From positions 1 to 43,966 of the forward strand of contig CALCJE010000148.1 of assembly GCA_937965665.1 (NCBI GenBank): 43,966 bases of DNA, written 5' to 3'. Below, piece by piece: positions 25,766 through 34,448 of the stretch. Numbering within the stretch: position 1 is the stretch's first letter; each line of letters begins with the position of its first letter. This stretch comes from an uncultured Bacteroidales bacterium (GTDB taxonomy: Bacteria > Bacteroidota > Bacteroidia > Bacteroidales > UBA4417). Made by a program: the position numbers and the translations under genes. Under the pieces are notes generated by a model that was not told the DNA's origin, did no database searches, and worked only from the letters and a program-made list of their open reading frames with translations.

Positions 25766-27049
25766 ATGATAACTTTGATAATTGCTATTTTCATCCTTGG
25801 CTATATCGCAATTGCCACAGAACATTCCATCAAAATTAACAAAGCCGCTACAGCTTTGATTACGGGTGTTCTTAGCTGGTCAGTTTATATCCTTTTTTCG
25901 CCGGATAAACTATTTGTTGGAGAAGAACTGACTAAACACATGGGCGATCTATCCGGAATTTTGTTTTTTCTCCTTGGTGCAATGACAATTGTTGAACTCA
26001 TCGATGCTCACGATGGCTTCGATATTATTACAACACGCATCAAACAGACTGACAAACGAAAACTGCTCTGGATTGTGGCATTTATTACCTTTTTTCTTTC
26101 TGCTGTTTTAGACAATCTCACAACAACTATTGTAATTATTTCACTACTTCGAAAACTGATCCGCGACGATAACGACCGGCTCTTTTTTGCCGGAATTGTT
26201 GTTGTGGCCGCCAACGCAGGAGGTGCTTGGTCGCCGATTGGTGATGTAACTACTACTATGCTTTGGATTGGCGGTCAGATTTCAGCAAGTCATATTATTA
26301 TTAAACTAATCCTGCCCAGTTTAATTTGCCTTCTAATTCCCCTGCTATACCTGTCATTTAAGCTAAAAGGAAAGGTCGTAAGGCCCGATGTTGTTGAAAA
26401 CACCAATACTCAGGCACTTTCGGATAAACATCAATCCATTGTTTTCTTTTCTGGAGTAATTATACTAGTACTGGTTCCTGTTTTCAAAACTATTACGCAT
26501 CTTCCGCCTTTCATGGGTATTCTTTTTGGATTAGGTATTCTATGGATTATTACAGAAATCCTACATAAAGAAAAGAATGAAGAAGATAAACATGCCTTGT
26601 CGGTAGTTCATGCGCTACGTAAAATTGATGCGCCAAGCATTTTGTTTTTTCTCGGTATTCTGGTAAGCATTTCTGCATTACAATCAGTTGGTGTATTAGC
26701 ACATCTGGCCCAATGGCTGACAATTAAAATACATAACGAAACCACTATTGTAATTGCAATCGGTTTGCTCTCTTCGGTGATTGATAATGTTCCTTTGGTT
26801 GCTGCTGTCCAGGGTATGTACAACTTAAATCAGTACCCAACAGATCATTACTTCTGGGAATTTCTGGCTTATGCTGCAGGAACTGGAGGAAGTGCTTTAA
26901 TTATAGGCTCTGCTGCCGGTATAGCTGCAATGGGAATGGAAAAAATAAGCTTCCTCTGGTATCTGAAAACAATTAGTTTGTTAGCCCTCCTCGGTTATTT
27001 TGCTGGAGCTTTTACCTACATTCTACAACATCAAATCCTCGGTCTATGA
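25766..27049 (+). CDS. nhaD: NhaD-family Na+/H+ antiporter
   Basis: The N-terminus IFILGYIAIATEHSIKINKAATALITGVLSW and a ~12-TM, 427-aa layout are typical of NhaD/ArsB-superfamily antiporters. Confidence 0.75.
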   Translation: MITLIIAIFILGYIAIATEHSIKINKAATALITGVLSWSVYILFSPDKLFVGEELTKHMGDLSGILFFLLGAMTIVELIDAHDGFDIITTRIKQTDKRKLLWIVAFITFFLSAVLDNLTTTIVIISLLRKLIRDDNDRLFFAGIVVVAANAGGAWSPIGDVTTTMLWIGGQISASHIIIKLILPSLICLLIPLLYLSFKLKGKVVRPDVVENTNTQALSDKHQSIVFFSGVIILVLVPVFKTITHLPPFMGILFGLGILWIITEILHKEKNEEDKHALSVVHALRKIDAPSILFFLGILVSISALQSVGVLAHLAQWLTIKIHNETTIVIAIGLLSSVIDNVPLVAAVQGMYNLNQYPTDHYFWEFLAYAAGTGGSALIIGSAAGIAAMGMEKISFLWYLKTISLLALLGYFAGAFTYILQHQILGL

Positions 27050-27180
27050 TACTTTTTTTTGATCTTATTCGTAAAATTTTCGCTGTTATCTTAGTAATGG
27101 GAATGTTTAAATTTCTTTACGACATGCTGTTCCCGGATGAAAATGACAAACTTGTTTCAAAACATGACAATGAAAAATAG
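27046..27180 (+). CDS. 44-aa small membrane protein, apparently translationally coupled to nhaD (MILFFDLIRKIFAVILVMGMFKFLYDMLFPDENDKLVSKHDNEK)
   Basis: My own translation. Its ATG overlaps the nhaD TGA as ATGA at 27046-27049. One hydrophobic helix plus an acidic tail. Confidence 0.35.
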   Translation: MILFFDLIRKIFAVILVMGMFKFLYDMLFPDENDKLVSKHDNEK

Positions 27181-27335
27181 CTGTATGATAAATTTGATAC
27201 TAATAAGACCTTAATACATGATCAATCCGCATTTTTGAATACAGTAGTTACTAAAATGCGTATCATTATTAAAAAATATAAGCGAATCTCATTAAACATA
27301 AAAAGTAACATTTTGGGAAATTAAATGCATTAATT

Positions 27336-28664
27336 ATGAGACACTTTGAAATGCTTCATAAACTTCTCAGCTATATCGACCTCGACAGCGATCTTGATAG
27401 CTTTGAGAAAATTCATGAAACCATTGAAAAAGAAATAATTTTCAAGGGCACAAATCTTTGGATTCTAATCTTTGCAATTATTGTGGCATCAGTCGGGCTT
27501 AACATGAACTCAACTGCTGTAATAATCGGAGCTATGCTTATTTCTCCCCTGATGGGTCCAATTAACGGTATGGGTTACAGCATTGCAACCTATGACTTTT
27601 TTCTTTTCAGAAAAGCGCTTAAAAATTTCACCTTTGCAGTTATTGCAAGTTTGATTGCATCAACGGCTTATTTTGCCATCAGCCCGATTTCAGCAGCTCA
27701 CTCCGAATTATTAGCACGAACAAGCCCGACCATTTATGATGTGCTTATTGCCTTGTTTGGCGGATTGGCTGGAATAGTAGCTATCAGCAGTAAACATAAA
27801 GGGAATGTAATACCTGGCGTCGCAATTGCTACAGCATTGATGCCTCCTCTGTGTACAGCCGGTTATGGATTGGCGACTGGTCAGTTTATTTATTTTTTCG
27901 GCGCTTTTTATCTTTTTACTATCAATACAGTATTCATTGCAATTTCTTCTATCATTGCCTCCCAGATACTTAAGTTTCCCATCAGGTCGCTTATCGATGC
28001 CCGGCAGAAGAAAAATGTTAATCGGTTGATCTCTGCAACAATTATCCTTGTATTGCTCCCGAGCATTTATTTTGGATACAACCTTGTTCAGAAAGAAAGA
28101 TTTATTGAGAACGCCACGAAATATATCAACAATATAAGTGTTTTTGAGGGTCATTATTTATTAAAAAATGAAATTAAACCTGTCAAGAAAACAATAGTGT
28201 TGGTTTATGCAGGTAATACATTAAGTGATGTTCAGAAAGCGCATATCATCGAAAAGGCAAAATATTTCTCGCTGAAAGATGTAAAAATAGAATTCCCTCA
28301 GGGACTAACTGCTGTAGAGAATAGAACAAAAAATACTGAAGCTGATAATTTGAAAGCTGAAATGAACCGGCTTAATTTGTTATTAAAAGAAAAGGAAAGT
28401 CATTTAGATAGTTTGTATCAAAACAAATATCGTGGCCAGCAAGTGCTGGATGAAATAAGAAGCCTTTATCCGCAGATATTAAATTGTTCTTTAGCCGAAT
28501 CCTACGTGTTTAACGAAACTAAATCAAATCTCGAAGAAGTAAAAATTATTGTTTTTACTACAAAAGGCAAAAATCTGAAAACCAGCGATAAGTTGAAAGT
28601 AGAGAGTTGGCTTAAAATAAAATTAAAATCCGACAGAATCAAAGTTTTTTATGAAAATAAGTAA
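27336..28664 (+). CDS. DUF389-family membrane protein with a C-terminal soluble extension
   Basis: The IIGAMLISPLMGPINGMGYS motif and repeated TM blocks are typical of DUF389. Confidence 0.65.
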   Translation: MRHFEMLHKLLSYIDLDSDLDSFEKIHETIEKEIIFKGTNLWILIFAIIVASVGLNMNSTAVIIGAMLISPLMGPINGMGYSIATYDFFLFRKALKNFTFAVIASLIASTAYFAISPISAAHSELLARTSPTIYDVLIALFGGLAGIVAISSKHKGNVIPGVAIATALMPPLCTAGYGLATGQFIYFFGAFYLFTINTVFIAISSIIASQILKFPIRSLIDARQKKNVNRLISATIILVLLPSIYFGYNLVQKERFIENATKYINNISVFEGHYLLKNEIKPVKKTIVLVYAGNTLSDVQKAHIIEKAKYFSLKDVKIEFPQGLTAVENRTKNTEADNLKAEMNRLNLLLKEKESHLDSLYQNKYRGQQVLDEIRSLYPQILNCSLAESYVFNETKSNLEEVKIIVFTTKGKNLKTSDKLKVESWLKIKLKSDRIKVFYENK

Positions 28665-28710
28665 TGGATTTTAATACCTTCATAAAATATTCAATTAAAA
28701 TATTTGTCAA

Positions 28711-30489
28711 ATGGCATCCCTTTCAACTTTTTTTATTAAGATTCATGCCTGGCGGCTTAAATTAATTCCATCCCGTCAGTTCATTATTATACTCAGTCTG
28801 ATATCTGGTATTTTTGGTGGTCTGGCTGCAATTTTACTAAAAAACACAGTCTTTTATACCCATGAATTTCTGACGCATGGGTTTAAAGCAAATGAGTTTA
28901 ACTTATTATATCTTGCATATCCATTTATCGGCATGCTTCTCACAGTGCTTTATGTTAAAATTTTTGTCCGCGATAATATTGGGCATGGCATAAGCCGTGT
29001 GCTTTATGCTATCTCAAAAAATAACAGTATCCTTCGGCCGCATAATACCTACTCTTCGATGATTGGAAGTACGCTTACGGTTGGTTTCGGTGGATCTGTG
29101 GGATTGGAAGCTCCGGTTGTGCTTACAGGAGCAGCAATTGGTTCAAATCTGGCAAGAATCATGCGTATGGATTACAAGACGGTAACATTGATGATAGGTT
29201 GTGGAGCCGCGGCTGCTATTGCCGGCATCTTTAAAGCTCCTATCGCTGGTGTAATCTTTGCCCTCGAAGTGCTTATGCTTGACCTGACAATGTCATCATT
29301 AATCCCTTTGCTTATATCTGCTGCAACAGGGACCACGTTAGCTTCATTTTTCATGGGAAAGAATGTTCTTTTTGCCTTTACAGTTACTGCTCCTTTTAGT
29401 CTTGGAAATTTACCTTTCTATATTCTTCTTGGTGTTTTCTGTGGCTTCATTTCTCTCTATTTTACCCGGGCAAATCTTTACATTGAAGGTCTCTTTCAAA
29501 AAATAAACAACACTACTTTGAGATTAGTCATTGGTGGAACAATCGTTAGCGTACTTATCTTCCTGTTTCCATCTCTTTTTGGTGAAGGCTATATTGAATT
29601 GACTTCAATTCTCAATGGTAATGGAGACACATTGTTTCAGAACAGCCTTTTCAATTCAGTAAGCAATAACTACGTACTTTTCTTGCTCTTTCTCCTTCTG
29701 GTTCTTTTTTTTAAAGTGATTGCCATGACGGCAACTAATGCAGGAGGAGGAGTAGGTGGAATTTTTGCACCATCATTATTCATGGGCGGCGTAACAGGTT
29801 TTTTTATTGCCAGGCTGGTTAATTTCTTTGATCCTTCCCGCCTTCCTGAAAAGAATTTTGCATTAGCTGGCATGGCTGGGATTATGGCTGGAGTGATGCA
29901 TGCTCCCCTTACTGCCATATTCTTGATTGCCGAAATTACAGGTGGGTATTCATTCTTCATACCGCTTATTGTAACTTCAACAGTTTCATATCTTATTATC
30001 ATGAATTTTGAGCCACATTCATTATATACAAAGCGTTTGGCTCAGCAGGGTGAATTAATCACTCACCATAAAGATAAAGCTGTGCTTTCAAGGCTTTCTA
30101 TAAATGAACTCATCGAAACAAATTTCATTCCTATCGGTCCTGATGGTTGTCTGGGCGATATTGTGAAAGCAATTACGCAATCTCAGCGTAATGTTTTTCC
30201 AGTAATTGATAAAGACAATACTTTTCTTGGAGTAATATTTACAAATGATATCCGGCATATACTGTTTAAGCCAGAGTTATATGAAACTACATTTGTCCGC
30301 CAACTCATGTTTATGCCTGATACCCTTGTGGAAATACACGAAACAATGGAAGATGTTGCACAAAAATTCCAGACAACAGCACATTATAATCTTCCTGTCC
30401 TTGATGGTACTAAATATGTCGGTTTTGTTTCAAGAGCCAATGTGTTTTCCGCTTACCGTAAACTGGTCAAAGATTTTTCACAGGATTAA
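28711..30489 (+). CDS. ClC-family voltage-gated chloride channel / H+-Cl- exchanger with C-terminal CBS pair
   Basis: GFGGSVGLEAPVV and GGIFAPSLFMG selectivity-filter-like motifs. The C-terminal ~140 aa contains two CBS-like repeats. Confidence 0.85.
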   Translation: MASLSTFFIKIHAWRLKLIPSRQFIIILSLISGIFGGLAAILLKNTVFYTHEFLTHGFKANEFNLLYLAYPFIGMLLTVLYVKIFVRDNIGHGISRVLYAISKNNSILRPHNTYSSMIGSTLTVGFGGSVGLEAPVVLTGAAIGSNLARIMRMDYKTVTLMIGCGAAAAIAGIFKAPIAGVIFALEVLMLDLTMSSLIPLLISAATGTTLASFFMGKNVLFAFTVTAPFSLGNLPFYILLGVFCGFISLYFTRANLYIEGLFQKINNTTLRLVIGGTIVSVLIFLFPSLFGEGYIELTSILNGNGDTLFQNSLFNSVSNNYVLFLLFLLLVLFFKVIAMTATNAGGGVGGIFAPSLFMGGVTGFFIARLVNFFDPSRLPEKNFALAGMAGIMAGVMHAPLTAIFLIAEITGGYSFFIPLIVTSTVSYLIIMNFEPHSLYTKRLAQQGELITHHKDKAVLSRLSINELIETNFIPIGPDGCLGDIVKAITQSQRNVFPVIDKDNTFLGVIFTNDIRHILFKPELYETTFVRQLMFMPDTLVEIHETMEDVAQKFQTTAHYNLPVLDGTKYVGFVSRANVFSAYRKLVKDFSQD

Positions 30490-30547
30490 TCAATTCAATA
30501 ATTATCAATCTAAACTGGATTTACCACCATAGACACAATGATAAAAA

Positions 30548-30835
30548 ATGAAAGTCGAAAAATTTAAGGATGAAACAAAGATATTGATCAGCAAGCTGGA
30601 GGAATATGCGACGGGAAAAGGGATATATAATAGCAGATTTCTGAAAAAACAGGATTCATTCATTCAATCCAATGTCAGCCGCATATTTGCAGGTAAATAT
30701 CCTCCATTATTGGACAACTTTTTACAATTGGCTGAGGCTATCGGTTATCACATTGAACTAAAAGAAAATCTTGATTTAAACAAGCAATGGAATTGGAAAT
30801 TATCAGGGGTCATTGATAGAAACCCTTCATGTTAA
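30548..30835 (+). CDS. XRE/Cro-like helix-turn-helix protein (95 aa)
   Basis: SNVSRIFAGKYPPLLDNFLQLAEAIGYHIEL resembles the XRE HTH plus recognition helix. Confidence 0.45.
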   Translation: MKVEKFKDETKILISKLEEYATGKGIYNSRFLKKQDSFIQSNVSRIFAGKYPPLLDNFLQLAEAIGYHIELKENLDLNKQWNWKLSGVIDRNPSC

Positions 30836-30900
30836 CTTTCAACAAACTTATTACAGACTTTTGATTCGATTTAACCATCAAAATATTCGGTAAAGCTTAT

Positions 30901-31029
30901 TTATTAGTTGTGTTTTGAATTATTATCTCGATTCATAATTTTAGCTGCTAACCAAAATAAAGTAATTAGAACAGCTAAAGCTACAACCCAGCCTCCTCCC
31001 ATTCCCCAAAAATTACTCATTCCAACCAT
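30901..31029 (-). CDS. 42-aa Gly/Trp-rich small membrane protein (MVGMSNFWGMGGGWVVALAVLITLFWLAAKIMNRDNNSKHN)
   Basis: My own translation. Last ORF of the leftward operon that starts at promoter module copy 3. Confidence 0.35.
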
Positions 31030-31098
31030 GATGGTATTAGGTTTGATATTTTTAATAATTCATTGATTTTTAAATTGTAGTATTGCTTTCTGATGACT

Positions 31099-31494
31099 CT
31101 AATGTTCTTTATTCACTTTGGTTTGTAAAGCATCGCAATAAATTATCATATTTTCACCCTCTCCAAAAGGTGTTGATTTGTAGGCGTCCGCTTGCCAGTC
31201 ATTCTCCCAATGCCAATTATCAACGAAGTACCTGAATTGATAGTCTTTGCCTAATGGAAGCTCTACCGTTTTTTCGAAGAAACCATTTTTAGACTTTATC
31301 ATTTTATCTTTACGCGGATTCCAATTATTAAAATCACCCAGCAAAGCCACTTCTTTGGGATGGTCTATAAGAGTATCTGTTACACTGAATTTTATTCGGC
31401 AAATCCCTTTCTCAGGTATAATTTCCTTTTGTATACACATTATTTCTATTTTTTTTGTGACACCTTTTCTATTACGCTTGAATATTTCTTGCAA
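31099..31494 (-). CDS. CBM48 / AMPK-beta-like glycogen-binding (early-set) domain protein
   Basis: VALLGDFNNWNP...GFFEKTVELPLGKDYQFRYFVDNWHWEND matches the isoamylase-N/AMPK-beta carbohydrate-binding pattern. Confidence 0.7.
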   Translation of the reverse strand: MQEIFKRNRKGVTKKIEIMCIQKEIIPEKGICRIKFSVTDTLIDHPKEVALLGDFNNWNPRKDKMIKSKNGFFEKTVELPLGKDYQFRYFVDNWHWENDWQADAYKSTPFGEGENMIIYCDALQTKVNKEH

Positions 31495-31520
31495 AAAGTT
31501 TTTTTTGATCCAGAAGGTAT

Positions 31521-31880
31521 TCAGTCTACTTTATCCTCTTTACAATTTATTACTGAATTATACACCTCTTCATATGGTGTTTTTACCAGCCCATCGGCTT
31601 CCCATTCATTTTCCCATATGTATTTATCAATCAGATATCTGAACTCGTATACCTTACCGATGGGTAGATCTATTTTTGCTGTAAAAATGTCTTTATTATT
31701 TTTATGCATCATGTTTTTGCCTGGTTGCCACATATTAAAATCCCCAACAATTGCCACGCTCTTTGGATGATCGGCTATTGATTCAGGCAACCTGAACGCA
31801 ACACTGCAAATACCTTTTTGGGGTACAAATTTTTTAATGATGCTCATAGCAACGTCCTTCCTGTTTGAAATTAAAATCAC
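31521..31880 (-). CDS. CBM48 / AMPK-beta-like glycogen-binding domain protein (tandem paralogue)
   Basis: VAIVGDFNMWQP...IFTAKIDLPIGKVYEFRYLIDKYIWENE is the same pattern as the neighbouring gene. Confidence 0.7.
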   Translation of the reverse strand: MILISNRKDVAMSIIKKFVPQKGICSVAFRLPESIADHPKSVAIVGDFNMWQPGKNMMHKNNKDIFTAKIDLPIGKVYEFRYLIDKYIWENEWEADGLVKTPYEEVYNSVINCKEDKVD

Positions 31881-32007
31881 TTACTCCTTACTTCTGAAAA
31901 ATAAACTTGCTATTTTTTCTGAATTAGAAAGAATCATTTGTTGAAGCCAGACTATTATTGCCACATTGCATAGTCTTTTAAATATTTTCAGGCTTAAACT
32001 ATATTCC

Positions 32008-32307
32008 TTACAATTGCTTGCACCTTTCCAGTTTATTATTTTGCCATTTGATGGGCTCAATTGAGTCATCAAGCCAAATTTCCGCTTTTTCATAATTTGG
32101 CATCATTTTCTTTTGCCACTCCTTTATGATATTTCCTTCGGAATTTGTTTGTATGTCTTTCTGGACGACATTATACCTGGTATTTGCCTTGTTTGTCGTT
32201 ACCTTATGTAATTGCTGCTCTAAAGTTGTCATAATTTCATGATTTTGAAGGTTCATTAATTCATAATCACAACCACTATTTCTTCTTCTCAAAAAGGTAA
32301 GCATCAT
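32008..32307 (-). CDS. Hypothetical protein (99 aa)
   Basis: ORF downstream of the small peptide ORF. No motif recognised. Confidence 0.4.
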   Translation of the reverse strand: MMLTFLRRRNSGCDYELMNLQNHEIMTTLEQQLHKVTTNKANTRYNVVQKDIQTNSEGNIIKEWQKKMMPNYEKAEIWLDDSIEPIKWQNNKLERCKQL

Positions 32308-32320
32308 TGTCGGATAATCT

Positions 32321-32425
32321 TTATTGCAGTATGCCGGCCAGTGTATGAGTAATTAAATAAGAGTAAATTGCAAACATTAGTCCTGGATAGCTTGCATAGG
32401 TATTGTACGCATATTCAATACACAT
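32321..32425 (-). CDS. 34-aa aromatic/hydrophobic small peptide (MCIEYAYNTYASYPGLMFAIYSYLITHTLAGILQ)
   Basis: My own translation. Preceded by AGAGGAGAATTA on the minus strand. First ORF downstream of promoter module copy 3. Confidence 0.35.
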   Translation of the reverse strand: MCIEYAYNTYASYPGLMFAIYSYLITHTLAGILQ

Positions 32426-32450
32426 TAATTCTCCTCTAATGTAAGTTATG

Positions 32451-32519
32451 CAAAGTTACTGGCGAATCCGCCCTCACTAATTAAAAAATGATTAGAATCT
32501 AATTATATCTTCATTAGCA
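32451..32519 (-). promoter_or_regulatory. Promoter module copy 3: -7 box plus four 11-bp-phased repeats
   Basis: Plus strand CAAAGTTA (32451-32458) is minus TAACTTTG. The repeats ATTAAAA / ATTAGAA / ATTATAT / ATTAGCA start at 32480, 32491, 32502 and 32513. Confidence 0.55.
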
Positions 32520-32599
32520 AATGGCCTCTGATATTTCATATTCTTATTTCTATTCCTTTTGGAGCATCTAATTTTCTATTATAATGGTAGTTGTGTTTT

Positions 32600-33540
32600 G
32601 ATATATTCCGCCACTCCCGCACGCAGGCTATGCCGGTTGCCTACATGCGCTTTTTCCTGTCATGGTATTTGCAGAAAATAGCAAATACACCGTGGCACGC
32701 CAGGAAAAAAGCGCACTCCACCACCGGAAGCTTGCATTTACATAATGTGCGCTTATGGGCTGGGTAGAAGCCCATAAGCACATTATGCAAAGCAGCCACA
32801 GCCTGCTTACCTTCCCACTCCACCCACTTCCTATGTTGCTGCAAGCAATTGTCCTCAGCCGCCTTGTGTCTGCCTCCTTGTTTCGTCACCTTTCAGGCAG
32901 GCAGGTTCGTACTTTTCGGACACCTGCTATCACACCAGCTTTGTAACGGTGTCCGCAAAGTACACGCACTAAAGCAAAGCCTCCTTCGTCGGCTCAGCTT
33001 TTTAAACGTGCTTCACCAGCCAGCCTTCAAGGATGCCATCACTGCGTCAGCATTCACCGTCGTCTTCAGCCAATCACTTTCGCAACCCCACAGCAGCACA
33101 CTTGTATGTCAGCCAGCATTATTGCCTGCACACCTTTTTTCGGCTCCCCGGCCACCTTCTCTCACACCACCTTTGTTACGGTGTCCGGCAAGCACGAAAA
33201 TCCACGTTACATAATGCCGTCAGCCATCCAAGCAAGCTGCTAAAGGCCTGCCCACTTACAGCTATCCAAGCATTTTAGCCGGTTCTTAGCCAAAGTCTAC
33301 AAGTTAGTTCTACAAGTGACGAGTACTGTTCACAAGCAATCAGAGTTACAAGCGGTATTTGTATGCGCCATCGCCCTCCGGTTGGTCGTTAGGGCGCAAG
33401 CCACAGGCGTGCGGTTGAAAAGTTTCTTAGGAGTGCTGCCGCACTCCGTAAAGCGGTATTTTGTGTTTTATTTCTCCGGCCCCAGCAGCATTTATTCGTT
33501 CCTCATTTATGCTGCCCCGGTCATCTGCTATTAGGTAGCT
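32600..33540. other. About 1-kb GC-rich, strongly C-over-G-skewed (plus strand), ORF-poor, hairpin-dense block of unknown nature (candidate large structured RNA or ssDNA-active element)
   Basis: Hairpins: 32647-32714 (13-bp outer stem GCGCTTTTTCCTG/CAGGAAAAAAGCGC plus an 8-bp inner stem); 32741-32787 (10+8 bp); 32917-32955 (CGGACACC/GGTGTCCG); 33148-33188 (a related copy); 33372-33396; 33430-33447 (GGAGTGC-tgcc-GCACTCC). C:G counts are 22:11 in 32821-32880 and 22:9 in 33061-33120. The predicted ORFs here have non-protein-like sequences. Confidence 0.5.
33296..33352 (+). repeat. Cluster of four (T/C)ACAAG motifs, including a TCTACAAGT direct repeat (iteron-like)
   Basis: TCTACAAGT at 33296-33304 and 33309-33317. 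CACAAGC at 33331-33337. TACAAGC at 33347-33353. Confidence 0.45.
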
Positions 33541-33645
33541 TATTCATCCTTTCATATTCTTGTTGCCTTCTTAGGTTACTTACAATAAGCACTGCTGATC
33601 GTAGCTTACTATCTTTTTATTGGTGCCCATAAGAGGGAATTTTTT

Positions 33646-33922
33646 AGGAAAAGAAAAACAGCAAAGAAAAAAAAGAAAGCGAATGTAAAGTAGCATTCCG
33701 GCTTATTCAAGGCGCGAAAAATGAAATCAATTTTTTCGCCTCAAATAAAGCTATACTTCATTTTTCTGTGCTTCACGGATTTTTTTTTGCATAACCTGGT
33801 CGGAAGTTCCAATCAGGTTTTTTTATGCAAAAATAAATCCGCTCCGGCCTTGATTAAGCCTCCATGCTTCATTGCTCAATGGCTTCCTTTTTTTTCTTTT
33901 TGCCGTTTTTCATTTTTTTCCT
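33646..33922. repeat. AT-rich ~277-bp unit bounded by imperfect homopurine/homopyrimidine inverted repeats and containing two near-perfect hairpins
   Basis: Left arm AGGAAAAGAAAAACAGCAAAGAAAAAAAAGAAAGC (33646-33680) versus right arm 33881-33922, whose reverse complement is AGGAAAAAAATGAAAAACGGCAAAAAGAAAAAAAAGGAAGCC. Inner hairpins at 33711-33740 and 33784-33833 (TTTTTGCATAA/TTATGCAAAAA plus CCTG/CAGG). Confidence 0.5.
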
Positions 33923-33992
33923 AAAAAATTTGTGGAAGGGGTGCTAAAGGGAAGATCAGGAGAAGTTCCAAAAAACTCACCTAAAGCCCCCA

Positions 33993-34427
33993 ATGATGCT
34001 CAAGATCACCACCTATTCGCCAGATCAAGCCCGCACCTCATTTGCCTTTTTCATCCTGAATAAGGGCATAAATAGCGGTAAACCAATGGAGCGACCCTGC
34101 CCAAATTGTTTCACTTTTCACGCCTCTACCCAGGAAGAAAAGGATCTGTATTACTGGCTCTGTTTCGGGATGTGGAAAGCTCACACTTTCCATCCCTACC
34201 TAAGAGGCTCATTAATTCCTTTCATCATCAAATCCGACCTGGTCCAGCTGATCAAGGAATCATCATCCAAAGCCCTGGAAGCACCCGGCCAATTTGAAAA
34301 GGCCGTTGAAGCCTTCAAAATCCTGGAACGCCAGGAGCAGCAGTTCCACCGTAACCTCCTGTTAGTCTCAGAAGCAAAAAAGGCAATCTTCGCCAATTAC
34401 CACTCACTTCCATCTTTCTACAGATAA
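33993..34427 (+). CDS. Hypothetical protein (144 aa)
   Basis: The ORF has protein-like composition. First gene to the right of the structured region. No family recognised. Confidence 0.45.
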   Translation: MMLKITTYSPDQARTSFAFFILNKGINSGKPMERPCPNCFTFHASTQEEKDLYYWLCFGMWKAHTFHPYLRGSLIPFIIKSDLVQLIKESSSKALEAPGQFEKAVEAFKILERQEQQFHRNLLLVSEAKKAIFANYHSLPSFYR

Positions 34428-34448
34428 CCCCTTAAACCCTTATATATC

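Noticed and set aside
30490-30512. CAGGATTAATCAATTCAA as a possible distal att repeat of the tRNA-Arg 3' end (CCAGGATTCAAACC)
   Set aside because: Only about 7 contiguous matching bases, which is compatible with chance.
31247-31770. Plus-strand ORFs 31247-31642 and 31360-31770
   Set aside because: They are antisense to the two CBM48-like genes, which have clear family motifs.
31881-32093. 70-aa minus-strand ORF overlapping the end of the 99-aa ORF
   Set aside because: It overlaps 32008-32307 by 86 nt in another frame and shows no motif. I cannot decide between the two ORFs with confidence, so only the longer upstream one is listed, at low confidence.
32641-33534. ORFs 32641-32889(-), 32755-32946, 32849-33214, 33033-33278 and 33316-33534 as coding genes
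   Set aside because: They overlap one another in several frames. They are rich in Cys/His/Pro/Leu/Ser without domain-like patterns, and they coincide with hairpins and a strong C/G skew. I treat the region as non-coding.
32600-33540. GC-rich block as rRNA fragment, tmRNA, RNase P RNA or group II intron
   Set aside because: I looked by eye for hallmark strings (an RNase P GAGGAAAGTCC-like box, a tmRNA tRNA-like 3' end, a group II domain V-like hairpin and GUGYG 5' end) on both strands and found none. This is not a substitute for a covariance-model scan.
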